NCBI GenBank assembly: GCA_043228905.1
Contig: JBHGNT010000020.1
Coordinates: forward strand, 5,456,001 to 5,520,000
Reading direction: 5' to 3'
DNA from: Azolla caroliniana
Lineage: Eukaryota > Plantae > Polypodiophyta
Length of the DNA stretch: 64,000 bases
The notes under the pieces are model-generated. The model saw only the letters and a list, made by a program, of their open reading frames with translations, ran no database searches and had not been told where the DNA came from. Position 1 is the stretch's first letter. Each line of letters opens with the position of its first letter. Positions 37,001-47,928 of the stretch are shown in pieces. The translations under genes and the position numbers were made by a program.

Positions 37001-37748
37001 GGCAAGGCCGGCAAGGATGGTCGGCAAAGCTCGCACTACGCGAAGGGATCAGGAGGATCCAAGAACGGTAACATGCCAGCCTTGGTGATGAAGCACGAGG
37101 CGAACTCGATGAAGAAGACCACTTCCAAATCGGAGGAAGTGTGGTATGTTGATTCCAGTGCGTCGAACCACATGACAAGCCACAAAGAGTGGTTCTCCTT
37201 TTTGGAGAAACCAGATCAACCAGGAGTAGTCGAAACCGGAGACGACACTCCTCTCCCAATCATGCACGTCGGAGAAGTCCCTTTGAGCCACGTCAGACAA
37301 AAGGGGAAGTTGATGAACGTATTACACGTTCCGACAATCACGAAGAACCTGGTGTCAGTCGGACAGATCGTCGACCAGGGAATGCAGGTGCGGTTTACGC
37401 ACCTTGGGTGCTTCATCGAGGAAGAGGGCCAGATTATTGCACAAGGGCGCAGATACGGGAGGATGTTTATCCTCGACACCAATGACGTTGGCACCGCTCT
37501 TTTTGCAAAAGGACAGAAGGTCGAATCGGACATCGACCTATGGCACAAGCGGATAGGCCACGTCAATTACCGATGGCTTCAAGACCTGCAAACAAAACAA
37601 GTTGTTTTCAGTTTGCCGAAGTTCAGCGGCCGGAAGGCCCAAGTATGTGAAGCCTGCCAACTCAGGAAGCAACACCGGCTTCCATTCCCTACCAAACGTA
37701 ACCGGAGCCGTAACAAGCTTGACCTAATCCATTCGGATGTGTGGGGAC

Positions 37749-40700
37749 TGATAGAAATTGACGCTTTCAAAACCTTCACCTCTCGGCCACAACCGAGGAA
37801 ACACGAATCAATGCAGCAGTAAATCGAAAACACAGAGAGAGACTCGAATGCACAGGGTTTAGCGTGGAAAACCCTAGACGGGAAAAACCACGGGAGTGCA
37901 AGACTCCAACTATCACTATACGCAGGGAATGTACAATGGCGAGCTGCAAGGCGACGACCTTGAGCTCGTTGTCCTCGCCACAAGCAGCGGTATTACACAG
38001 AGGCGTCGACCTCTTCCTTTCTCTCTCTCTCACTCTCTCTCTCGGCTGCTCTCACTTCGCTCCCTCTAAGTGGAAAACAGAAAAATTGAGCAACAACCAA
38101 CAAAACTAATTGCCCTAAGTCATATTTATACACATATGACTTTCGGGCTATTTACAAGTATAGCCTCGAGGGCCCTTGGCAAACATATTCACAAATATGT
38201 CCCCGCATCCGGATCTCTCTCCGGGTACATTCGTCATCCGGCTCCGTAACCGGGTCTTCATCATCCGGTTCCGATACCGGGTACTCCTCATTTGGGTCTT
38301 CATTCCCGATTCCCGGACATCTGACCATCCCATCCGGAGGGACCGTAATCCCAACAAACTCCCCCTTCACTTCGGCATGGGATGTCTTTCCAGTCCGACC
38401 CTCTTCCAGCACGCTTCCAACTTGTCGGGTGTGAGCACTTTGGTCAGCATATCTGACCCGTTTTCGTCCGTGTGGATCTTCGTCAGCACGAACTCCTGGT
38501 CTTCTATCCTTTCCCGGATCCAGTGATATCTTCGCTGGATGTGCTTCGTCCGGGAGTGATAGGCCGCGTTCTTCGCAAGGTGGATGGCACTCTGACTGTC
38601 GCAGTAGAGTCGGTACTCCTCCTGCCGGATACCGAGCTCTCTAATGAAGTCCTTCATCCATATTATTTCCTTGCCGGCTTCAACAGCCGCCATGTACTCC
38701 GCCTCCGTGGTTGACAACGCAACCGTCTTCTGCAGCCTCGACTGCCACGAAACAGCTCCCCCTGCATACGTCATCACATACCCTGATGTGGACCGGCTGG
38801 TATCTGCATCAGCCGACATATCCGAATCGGTAAAGCCGTCGAGTTCGAGCTTACCGGAGCCGAATCGGAGGCACACGTTTGCCGTGCCCTTCAGGTATCG
38901 GAGTATCCACTTGGCCGCGTTCCAGTGCTCTTTGCCGGGATTGCTCATGTACCGGCTCACCACTCCGACTGCATATCCTATGTCCGGTCTTGTACACACC
39001 ATTGCGTACATCAAGCTTCCGACGGCAGAGGCATATGGTACTTTCATCATGTCCTCCTTCTCAGCCTTTGTCTTGGGGCTTTGCTTGCTGGACAACTTGC
39101 AGTTTGCCGGGAGGGTTGACCCGACCGGTCTTGCTTCCGACATGTTGAACCGGTGAAGCACCTTTGTCACGTACTTCTCCTGTGACAGCCACAACTGCTT
39201 CTTCTTCCGGTCCCGGATGATGTGCATCCCTAGTATTTGCCTCGCCGGACCCAGGTCTTTCATTGAGAAGGTTCGGTGAAGCGCTTTCTTCAGCATCCGT
39301 ATCTTGACCTGGTCCCGTCCGACGATCAACATGTCGTCCACGTACAGGAGGAGTATTAGAAAGTCTCCTCCTTCGAACTTCTTCACAAACACGCAGTGAT
39401 CGGACTGCGTTTTGTGGTACCCTTCGTCGGTCATGAAAGAGTCGAACTTCCGGTACCATTGCCGGGGAGCCTGCTTCAGTCCGTAAAGGCTCTTCTTCAA
39501 CCGGCATACCAGGTGCTCCTTCCCTTTCTTCTCGAATCCTTCCGGTTGCTTCATGTAGATCTCTTCTTCGAGGTCACCGTGAAGGAATGCCGTCTTCACG
39601 TCCATTTGTTCTACCTCGAGGTCCATGCTTGCCGCTATGCTCAGCACTGTCCGGATGGAGGTCATCTTCACTACCGGGGCAAATATCTCGTCGAAGTCGA
39701 CGCCCTTCTTCTGCTGGAACCCCTTCACCACGATCCTGGCTTTGTATCTCGGGGGGTTTCCGGCATCTCCCGGTTTCAGCTTGAACACCCACTTGTTTCG
39801 AAGTGCCCGCTTTCCTTTCGGCAACTCCACAAGTTCATATGTGTGGTTCTCATGCAGGGAATCAATCTCCTCCTGCATGGCACTTAACCACCTGCGGCTA
39901 TGGGTGTCAAGCTTTGCTTCTTCAAAACTCTCCGGCTCCCCCTCGTCGGTTAGCAGCACGTGCTCTGGTTCCGGAAATCTCCGGGGGGCCCTTCTCTCTC
40001 TTAGAGGATATCTTCGTTCCGGAGCTTCGGTAACCGGCTCCTCCGTTTCCTCTTCATCCGAATCCATTTCGGGATCGGGGCCGGTTCCGGTATCAGTGTC
40101 ATCTTCCTCGGCCGGTTCTGTTTCTTCACCGTCTTCGGCCTGATCCTCGAGTGCTAACCGGTCCCTTGCCGGTCGGGACTGCTCCTCGTAGAGTTGATCC
40201 TCACCGGTCGACTTGGAGCTCTTCATCTTCTTCTCCGACTCCCAGTCGGCGAGTGTCTTGTCCTCCATGAAGATGATATCACGACTCCGGAATATCTTTT
40301 TGTCGACCGGGTCCCATACTCGGTAGCCGAACTCGTCATCGCCGTAACCGAGGAATATGCATGGCCGGGTCTTTGGATCTAGCTTTCCTCTCCGGTCCTT
40401 TGCCACATGCACATATGCGAGACACCCGAACACCTTCAGATGCCGGTAGGATACTTCCCTACCGGTCCACACTCTCTGCGGCGTGTCTCCGTCCAAAGGT
40501 ACTGAGGGTGATCTGTTTATCACGTATGTCGCTGTCGACATTGCCTCAGCCCAAAACCCCTTGGGTAATTTCGCATGCGCCAACATACTCCAGACCCTCT
40601 CCATTATGGTCCGGTTCATCCTCTCGGCCAGCCCGTTCAGTTCCGGCGTCTTCGGCACAGTAAACTCGAGCCGGATTCCCTTCGAGCGACAGTACTCCTC

Positions 40701-43050
40701 GAACTGCCCCTGGTATTCCCCTCCGTTATCCGCTCGTATCGCTTTCAGCTTCTTGCCGGATTCACTTTCCACTCTCGCGTGGAGTTCTTTGAAGACACAC
40801 AACACTTGGTCCTTTTTCTTCAACGGTGCCGTCCACAGCTTCCGGCTGTGGTCATCAATGAATGTCACGAAGTACTGGGCTCCGCCATGTGACTTCGTTT
40901 CTGCTTGACACACGTCAGTGTGCACCAACTCCAATGGTGCGCTACGTCTCGTCGGTGGCCTTGAGTGGAAGGAGGTTCGGTTCTGCTTACCGGCCAGGCA
41001 ATCGGTGCACTTCTCCAGGTGCACATGCTTCACTGGAATAAGGTTGTCTTCTGCAAGCCTCTTCATCCCCTTCTCACTCATGTGGCACAGTCTCTTGTGC
41101 CACAGCTCACCGGCAGTGTCGGCTGCCACGTTCAACTCCTCCGGACACAACCAGGCATTCATAAGGTACAGTGTGTTGACTTTCCGGGCCCGAGCCACTA
41201 TCAGGCTCCCCTTGCTGAACTTCATTACGCAGTTCCGGATGCTACCTGTGTAGCCTTCATCGTCTAGCCTCCCGGCCGAAATCAGGTTCAATCGAACCTC
41301 CGGAACGTGTCGGACATCCTTCAGCAACATTTTGCATCCGGTCGAGGTTGTCAACCACACGTCTCCTATGCCGGCAATCCGGCACGTACCTTCATTTCCC
41401 ATCCAAACACAGCCATGCTCACCGGTTGTGTAGGATGAGAAGTATCTTCTTTCCGGGGTCAGGTGGAACGACGCTCCGGAATCGACCACCCAGGTAGTCT
41501 CATCGCCGGCAATGTTTAGTTCACCTTCTTCGGTGATGAGCATGATCTCCTCTTCACTTGCCGCGAGTGCCGTCGTTCCTTTCCGGTCCTGCCCTCGCCG
41601 ATCCGAACCATTCCGGTCCGTGGCTCCCCGGTAAGCATCGTTCCGTTCCGAAGACTTCTTCGAATCGGTGTCGTCGGCTCTGTTGTCTTTTCGGTAATGC
41701 CGACAATTCTTTCGGAAGTGCCCCGGCTTCCCACAGTGGAAGCATGTGGGCCTTCCTCTTGACTGCGATCGGGTCCCCGACTTCTCCCGTCTTTGCGGAC
41801 TCCGGTTCCGTTGTCTTCCCCGATCCGATTCGGTAAGCAGCATCTTTGGATCGGAGGCCAGTTCTTTATCTCTCCGACGCGCTTCTTCGTTCAAAATGCT
41901 TGTCTTTACCGTTTGTAGGGACAAGTTATCTTCGGTGCAGGAGGTGCTGAGAGTCACCACCAAGTTCTCCCAGCTTTCCGGCAATGTACACATCAGCATG
42001 ATGGCTTGCATTGCATCCTCCAACGGGAACTTGATTGCTGCAAGCTGGTTCACAAATCCCATGAACGTGCTTACGTGTTCCACCATACTCTCGTCGTCCC
42101 GGTACTTGAGGTTCATTATCTTCCTCATCAGGGAGGTCCGGTTCAACGCATTCTTCCTCTCGTAGAGGCCCGACAGCTTCTGCCACATCTCATATGCGTT
42201 GGTGTCGTTCGCCACATGTTGTAGAACGCTCACGTCGACGTATTGCCGAATGGTTGCAACGGCTTTCCGGTTCAGAAGCCTCCATTCTGTCTCAAGTACC
42301 CCCTTGGGTATTTCCGACCTGTCGATCGGTTCATACAGGTCCCGAACAATGAGCAGATCCTCCATCTTTATCTTCCAGTCGGCGTAGTTCTGCGCATTCA
42401 GCACCATCATCCCCGGCTGCCCGCTGCTGCCGCCTTCCATTTTCTGCATTGCAGTCGCTCTGATACCAGATTGATAGAAATTGACGCTTTCAAAACCTTC
42501 ACCTCTGCAGCAGTAAATCGAAAACACAGAGAGAGACTCGAATGCACAGGGTTTAGCGTGGAAAACCCTAGACGGGAAAAACCACGGGAGTGCAAGACTC
42601 CAACTATCACTATACGCAGGGAATGTACAATGGCGAGCTGCAAGGCGACGACCTTGAGCTCGCTGTCCTCGCCACATGCGGTGGTATTACACAGAGGCGT
42701 CGACCTCTTCCTTTCTCTCTCTCTCACTCTCTCTCTCGGCTGCTCTCACTTCGCTCCCTCTAAGTGGAAAACAGAAAAATTGAGCAACAACCAACAAAAC
42801 TAATTGCCCTAAGTCATATTTATACACATATGACTTTCGGGCTATTTACAAGTATAGCCTCGAGGGCCCTTGGCAAACATATTCACAAATATGTCCCCGC
42901 ATCCGGATCTCTCTCCGGTTACATTCGTCATCCGGCTCCGTAACCGGGTCTTCATCATCCGGTTCCGATACCGGGTACTCCTCATTCGGGTCTTCATTCC
43001 CGATTCCCGGACATCTGACCATCCCATCCGGAGGGACCGTAATCCCAACA
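37749..43050 (-). mobile_element. Intact, young Ty1/copia element 'F' (Tnt1/Tork-like): 3' LTR 37749-38356, PPT 38357-38372, PBS-Met 42457-42468, 5' LTR 42472-43050
   Basis: TSD GGGAC at 37744-37748 and 43051-43055. The LTRs differ by about 6 substitutions I could see plus one 29-bp indel. Confidence 0.96.
38367..42449 (-). CDS. Gag-pol polyprotein of F (~1360 aa from MQKMEGG)
   Basis: One open frame with CFHCGKPGHFRKNC, WVVDSGAS, WHKRLCH, HTDVC...ADNGGEY...NGLAERMN, LLYVDD and RH YCDSQSAIHLA. Confidence 0.95.
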   Translation of the reverse strand: MQKMEGGSSGQPGMMVLNAQNYADWKIKMEDLLIVRDLYEPIDRSEIPKGVLETEWRLLNRKAVATIRQYVDVSVLQHVANDTNAYEMWQKLSGLYERKNALNRTSLMRKIMNLKYRDDESMVEHVSTFMGFVNQLAAIKFPLEDAMQAIMLMCTLPESWENLVVTLSTSCTEDNLSLQTVKTSILNEEARRRDKELASDPKMLLTESDRGRQRNRSPQRREKSGTRSQSRGRPTCFHCGKPGHFRKNCRHYRKDNRADDTDSKKSSERNDAYRGATDRNGSDRRGQDRKGTTALAASEEEIMLITEEGELNIAGDETTWVVDSGASFHLTPERRYFSSYTTGEHGCVWMGNEGTCRIAGIGDVWLTTSTGCKMLLKDVRHVPEVRLNLISAGRLDDEGYTGSIRNCVMKFSKGSLIVARARKVNTLYLMNAWLCPEELNVAADTAGELWHKRLCHMSEKGMKRLAEDNLIPVKHVHLEKCTDCLAGKQNRTSFHSRPPTRRSAPLELVHTDVCQAETKSHGGAQYFVTFIDDHSRKLWTAPLKKKDQVLCVFKELHARVESESGKKLKAIRADNGGEYQGQFEEYCRSKGIRLEFTVPKTPELNGLAERMNRTIMERVWSMLAHAKLPKGFWAEAMSTATYVINRSPSVPLDGDTPQRVWTGREVSYRHLKVFGCLAYVHVAKDRRGKLDPKTRPCIFLGYGDDEFGYRVWDPVDKKIFRSRDIIFMEDKTLADWESEKKMKSSKSTGEDQLYEEQSRPARDRLALEDQAEDGEETEPAEEDDTDTGTGPDPEMDSDEEETEEPVTEAPERRYPLRERRAPRRFPEPEHVLLTDEGEPESFEEAKLDTHSRRWLSAMQEEIDSLHENHTYELVELPKGKRALRNKWVFKLKPGDAGNPPRYKARIVVKGFQQKKGVDFDEIFAPVVKMTSIRTVLSIAASMDLEVEQMDVKTAFLHGDLEEEIYMKQPEGFEKKGKEHLVCRLKKSLYGLKQAPRQWYRKFDSFMTDEGYHKTQSDHCVFVKKFEGGDFLILLLYVDDMLIVGRDQVKIRMLKKALHRTFSMKDLGPARQILGMHIIRDRKKKQLWLSQEKYVTKVLHRFNMSEARPVGSTLPANCKLSSKQSPKTKAEKEDMMKVPYASAVGSLMYAMVCTRPDIGYAVGVVSRYMSNPGKEHWNAAKWILRYLKGTANVCLRFGSGKLELDGFTDSDMSADADTSRSTSGYVMTYAGGAVSWQSRLQKTVALSTTEAEYMAAVEAGKEIIWMKDFIRELGIRQEEYRLYCDSQSAIHLAKNAAYHSRTKHIQRRYHWIRERIEDQEFVLTKIHTDENGSDMLTKVLTPDKLEACWKRVGLERHPMPK

Positions 43051-45950
43051 GGGACCGGCACAAAATGTTAGTCTTGGCAGGAGTCAATATTTCGTCTACT
43101 TCATCGACGACTATACGCGGCACACATGGATCTACCTCATTGAGCGGAAGAGTGAAGTCTTTGAGTGTTTCCGGAGTCTCCAAAGCATGGTGGAAAGGGA
43201 ATCGGAGTGGAAGATCAAATGCCTACAGTCGGATGGCGGGAAAGAATACTTTTCCAACCAATTCAATAGTTATCTGTAGCAAACGGGAATTCGGCGAGAG
43301 TTCAACTACAGATACACACCGCAACAGAATGATGTTGCCGAGAGGAAGAACCGGTCGCTTATCGATGCGGCAAGGGCAATGCTGGAGGAGAAGAGCATGC
43401 CCAAATTCTATTGGGTGGAGGCAGTCCAAACAATTGTCTACATCCAGAACCGGATCGGTGACAAGGTGTCAGCTCACAAGCTATATTTCGGGCAGAAGCC
43501 GAATTTGAGACACCTTAAGATCTTCGGTAGCATTGCATATGTGCATGTACCGGATGAGAAGCGAAGGAAGCTGGATGCAAAATCAAAAAAATGCATCCTA
43601 GTCGGCTATGCTCAAGAACAAAAGGGTTATAAGTGTTATAACCCCCGGACAAGGCAAGTCCGAGTTAGTCGAGATGTCGAGTTTGATGAATCGGCATCGT
43701 GGTACTCCTTACCGACTCCGACTTCCGAATCTGACCCGATGTCGGAGGATGAGGCTAGTGAGCCTAAACCGGCCCAGGTAGAGGATGATGAAGCGTGGAC
43801 TCAGGATGAGAGTCCGGAATCGTTCCGGTTGAGCGGGCCGAATGAGAGACTGAGTCAATCTTACCATTCCGATGAGGAACCGGTGAGTAGTGGAGACTCT
43901 GTCGTGCACTCCCCGCGCAAGGAACCGAGGCGACTGTTCACACGCAAAGAGAAGGGGAAGAAGAAGATGCCGGAATTCGAAACCGGCAACGATGAGTCGG
44001 ATCGGTGTGCATCCAACTCCGACAAGGAGAAAGCCGAATCTTTGGCAACGAAGACCAAACCGGCCAAGAAGGGCCTCAAACCGGATAACGGTGAGTTACG
44101 TCGGTCCACCCGCCAGAAGGATCCCGTCAAGCGGTACGGGGACAATGAGTACATGGCGCATCACTATGTGTACATGACTAAGGTGGTGGAAGTGTGTGAG
44201 CTGGAGAGCTACGCAAAAGCGGCCAAGGACGCAAATTGGCGTGCCATTATGGAGGAAGAAATGCGGGCACTTGATGTCAACAAGACATGGGACCTGGTTG
44301 ACCCTCCTCGTCACTGTAAACCGATCAGATGCAAGTGGATATACAAGGTAAAGTACAACGCCGACGGTTCTGTTAACCAGTATAAAGCCCGGTTAGTCGC
44401 AAAGGGGTACGCGCAGACCCACGGAATCGACTACGATGAGACATTCGCTCCTGTAGCGAAGATGACGACGGTTCGAGTGGTGTTGGCGGTTGTTGCGGCA
44501 AGGGGGTGGCATCTTCATCAGATGGATGTGAAGAATGCATTTCTTCAAGGTGATCTTGAAGAAGAAGTCTTTATGACTCAGTCTCTCGATTTTCAATCGG
44601 AGATGAACAAGTCGGTGGTACGTCGGCTGAAGAAGTCGTTGTACGGCCTGAAGCAAGCCCCTCGAGCTTGGAATGCGAAGATCACGCACTGGTTGCATAA
44701 GATGGGGTTTGTGGCCTCCAAATCAGACTCTTCATTGTTCATCCGGCAAGGCTCAGCTGGTCTGGTATGTATACTGTTGTATGTTGATGATCTAGTCATC
44801 ACCGGACCGGGTGTTCCAGAAATCAACCGCGTCAAGTCCCAGTTGTCGGACGCATTTGAGATGAAGGATCTGGGGGACCTTCATTATTTTCTAGGGATCG
44901 AGGTGATCCGAACCCCGGACGGCATATTTCTCTCACAATGACATTACTTCTTGAATATGTTGTACAAGTTTGGCATGACAGAATGCCGACCTGTATCCAC
45001 ACCCTTGGACCGGAACCAGAAGCTTTGTCCCAACTCCGGACTGGCTTGCAACGAGCAACGGTTCCAACAAATTGTCAAAAGCCTTATTTACTTGACTATC
45101 ACGCGACCCGACATCAGCTATCCGGTCGGAATGATAAGTTAGTTCATGCAGCAGCCAACCGTGGAGCACCTTTAGTGCGCACAAAGGATATTGCGGTATG
45201 TCAGCGGCACGAAGGACCGGGGACTGTTATACCAGCGAGGTATACCTGAAGAGCTCGTCGATTACACGGATGCCGACTGGGCCGGCGATGCATCAGATCG
45301 CCGATCAACCTCCGGTTACATGTTTTCCCTAGGTAGTGCGGCTGTTGCGTGGAGCAGCAAAAAGCAGCCAACAGTTGCTCTGTCGAGCACTGAGGTTGAG
45401 TATCGTGGCGCTACCCTTGCCACCTGTGAAGCCATTTGGCTTCGGCGACTGCTGCAAGACTTGCAGATCGAGGTACCAACCCCGATCCCGATTTATTGTG
45501 ATAACATCAGCAGCATGCAGCTCGCCAAGAACCATGTGTTCCACGCTCACACGAAGCACATAGAAGTGATAATAATTGAAGTACGCGATACTTCTATCAG
45601 TCCCACGAGGACTTGTATAAATAGTGCTACTGAGCACAATTGTAAATGCAGAGTGAATATATCGTTTTGAATATAGATTTTACGTTCTGCTCTCTTTGTC
45701 TCTCCTATGTACTCTGTGTATTCCCTACTTTCTCTATTTTCTAACTCTTCCGCAAGTAATCCTTTACAAAGTTGAACTTCAGTATGTTTCAACGGATCGG
45801 CCGAATCAACTGAAGGCCAAGCGGAATAAAGGGCAGCAGAAGAGGCGCCAACACCGTGACAACAAGGGAGCTAGAAAAGGCCACACGAGTAGACAAGGCG
45901 ACCGTAAGGGTCGAGGCATGTAGAATCGAACAGGTCGAGGAGCGCGATCT

Positions 45951-46840
45951 CCATTGTTAAACTCATTAATAAATTCCTCAAATTTATTTAACAATGGAGA
46001 TCTTTGTTCTAATACAGGTGTGAACCATGCCAAAGCTGAGCAATTAAGCAACATGCCTACTAATCCCACTCATGATGCATCGGTGGGATATCGGGAAGGA
46101 TGCATTTGAACCACAAGACGTACCTAATTAAGGAATCCTCTAAATTGTGATCGTGTTCCGTCGAATTTTGTAGGAAGAACGATCTTGGGTTCTTTATGAA
46201 TTCCTTGAATACTTGGTCCCTGTTGTTGCAAGGACACAATGGTTGCTTCAAGCTGTTGTACACGTAACGCCAACTCTCCGTGTTGTTGTTGCGTTTGTTG
46301 CTCTCTCTAAAGAGATTTGTTGAAGATCCCCCAACAACCGTTGATTTTCATGTTCTAGAGCTATGAATTTTTTTTTCAAGCACTTCAGCTCCGAGAGGAC
46401 AAATTGGTATTCTTGAGCGCTAACAATTGCCATAGTATTGGAGGAAGGAAGGATAAAAAGATTTGTATGAAGGGAATGAGGGATATGAAGATGAGAATGA
46501 AGCAATTCAGTTCAAACTATCAGGAATAATGCTAAGACAAAGAGGGAATTAGTACTAAAGATGACGATTAGTACTAAGAGGAAAGAGGGTGTAGAATGTG
46601 AGAGAGAGAATGATGATAACAAACGATATATTATATTATATGAAGAGAATATACAAGAATAGCTAGAAGGCTTAAGACTGGTGTTGAACCGAATTGGTTA
46701 AAAATAATGCTTTATGCCTCTATTTATAGTGTTGTCAAGATTACTCTTGAAGTTTCTTGAATGTTCTTAGTAGAGTAATCTAGAATATACATGAATTTCC
46801 TATAGAAATAATAAATGAAACTAATATCTTTCGTATTACA
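45951..46840 (-). mobile_element. Second, truncated copy of the C-family chromovirus (gag fragment + 5' LTR ~46518-46840)
   Basis: MAIVSAQEYQFVLSELKCLKKKFIALEHENQRLLGDLQQ is homologous to ORF 8965-9237; ALAWFTPVLE; LTR begins TGTAATACG on the minus strand. Confidence 0.8.
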
Positions 46841-46910
46841 ATTCATGGTTTAATGGCAAGGGTTCAGCCCATGTAACACAAGGTCATGGGTTCGAATCCC
46901 TTTGGAGCCA
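46841..46910 (+). other. tRNA-derived SINE-head-like sequence
   Basis: A box TGGTTTAATGG (46846-46856) and B box GGTTCGAATCC (46889-46899); no convincing cloverleaf. Confidence 0.65.
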
Positions 46911-46984
46911 TATCATACTATATTTGATAGATGGACGGACTCAAATTGGGGGGGAGATGTTGATTGTCATAAGTCAACAAGTGG

Positions 46985-47774
46985 CTTTGTATAATGTCTT
47001 GTTGGAGTAGCATGGAGGTTTAAGAAGCAAACAACGGTAGCCCAATATGTTGCACTCGTTCCTAAAGAAAGAATATGGATTCAACCCAATATGCTGCACT
47101 CGCTCCTAAAGAAAGAATATGGATTCATTTCATACTTGAAGAACTTAGCTTGTTTAAAACTTCAAAGCGATAATCAATCATGTATAAAGTTAGCTTGTAA
47201 TCCGAAAATGAGTGATAATATTTGACATGTCTCTTTCAAGCATCACTTTCTACGAGACTTAATCGAAGAGAAGAAGCTAGATTTGAAGTATGCAACCACA
47301 ATACTAATGTGGGCCAATTTTCTAACAAAAGCTAGTACCTGAAACAAAGAATATCGCTTGTTGCCGCAACCACAACACTAATGTGGGCCGATTTTCTAAC
47401 AAAAGCTAGTACTTGAAACAAAGCATATAGCTTGTTGCCGAAAGATTGGTCTAACAATGCCAAACTATTCTTCAAATGACAATACTTTGGAATAAAATAA
47501 TATTTAGCATAAGGGGGAGTGTGGAAATATTTAACCTAAATATTAAATTAATTTATTAGATTAAAAACAACTATTCATTTACGAAGAGTTATTTTTATTA
47601 GGAAAGTCTTTTTGTAAAAGTTCTTCATTGAAGAGTTATAACTCTTAGAGCATTGTCTCTACAAACAAGCCATTCCGCTAATGTAACACATTACAATCAA
47701 TATAGAACAATTTTGTGTATGTGTCATCTCTCTCTAGCAATCATTCTTTATTTGTATAGTTGCCAATTTCTACA
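46985..47774 (+). mobile_element. Old copia 3' remnant: RNase H fragment with internal tandem duplications, PPT 47510-47519, LTR 47520-47774
   Basis: DNQSCIKLACNP...KHHFLRDLIEEK; AAGGGGGAG followed by TGTGGAAAT...ATTTCTACA. Confidence 0.7.
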
Positions 47775-47866
47775 ACAAGAAGCACGCACATAGAGAGATA
47801 GATTCTAGTATCGTCTTCAGCTGTCAAATATGACCTATGAGACCAAAAATATTATATTTCACGTGA

Positions 47867-47870
<4 letters not shown>

Positions 47871-47927
<57 letters not shown>
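47871..47927. repeat. Compound (TG)n(AG)n microsatellite
   Basis: Directly visible. Confidence 0.95.

Positions 47928-47928
<1 letters not shown>

Larger units (their letters stand above)
35625..45768 (+). mobile_element. Decayed Ty1/copia element 'E' (same family as D): 5' LTR 35625-36037, PBS 36038-36049, gag-pol 36131-37748 + 43056-45567, truncated 3' LTR ~45576-45768
   Basis: TSD AAGTT at 35620-35624 and 45769-45773; HSDVWG|PAQ split by element F; RT YVDD. Confidence 0.9.
12061..45950 (+). mobile_element. Decayed Ty1/copia element 'D' (5' LTR 12061-12415, PBS-Met 12416-12426, gag 12517-13420, pol 32447-35624, RH tail from 45774); hosts elements B and E; 3' LTR not found
   Basis: TGTTGAGA...TTACA + TGGTATCAGAG; zinc knuckle CLYCGKKGHKESKC; integrase HSDVWGP...LRSDGGKEY; RT YIDD. 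RH reading GEV|ELQYVSTDR rejoins across the AAGTT TSD. Confidence 0.88.

Noticed and set aside
42450-42677. 76-aa N-terminal extension of the F polyprotein
   Set aside because: It starts at a non-ATG codon in the LTR, crosses the PBS and exists only because of the 29-bp deletion.
46841-46910. Functional tRNA genes here, at 9690-9756 or at 49105-49170
   Set aside because: A/B boxes are present but acceptor and anticodon stems do not pair, so they are treated as SINE-like heads.
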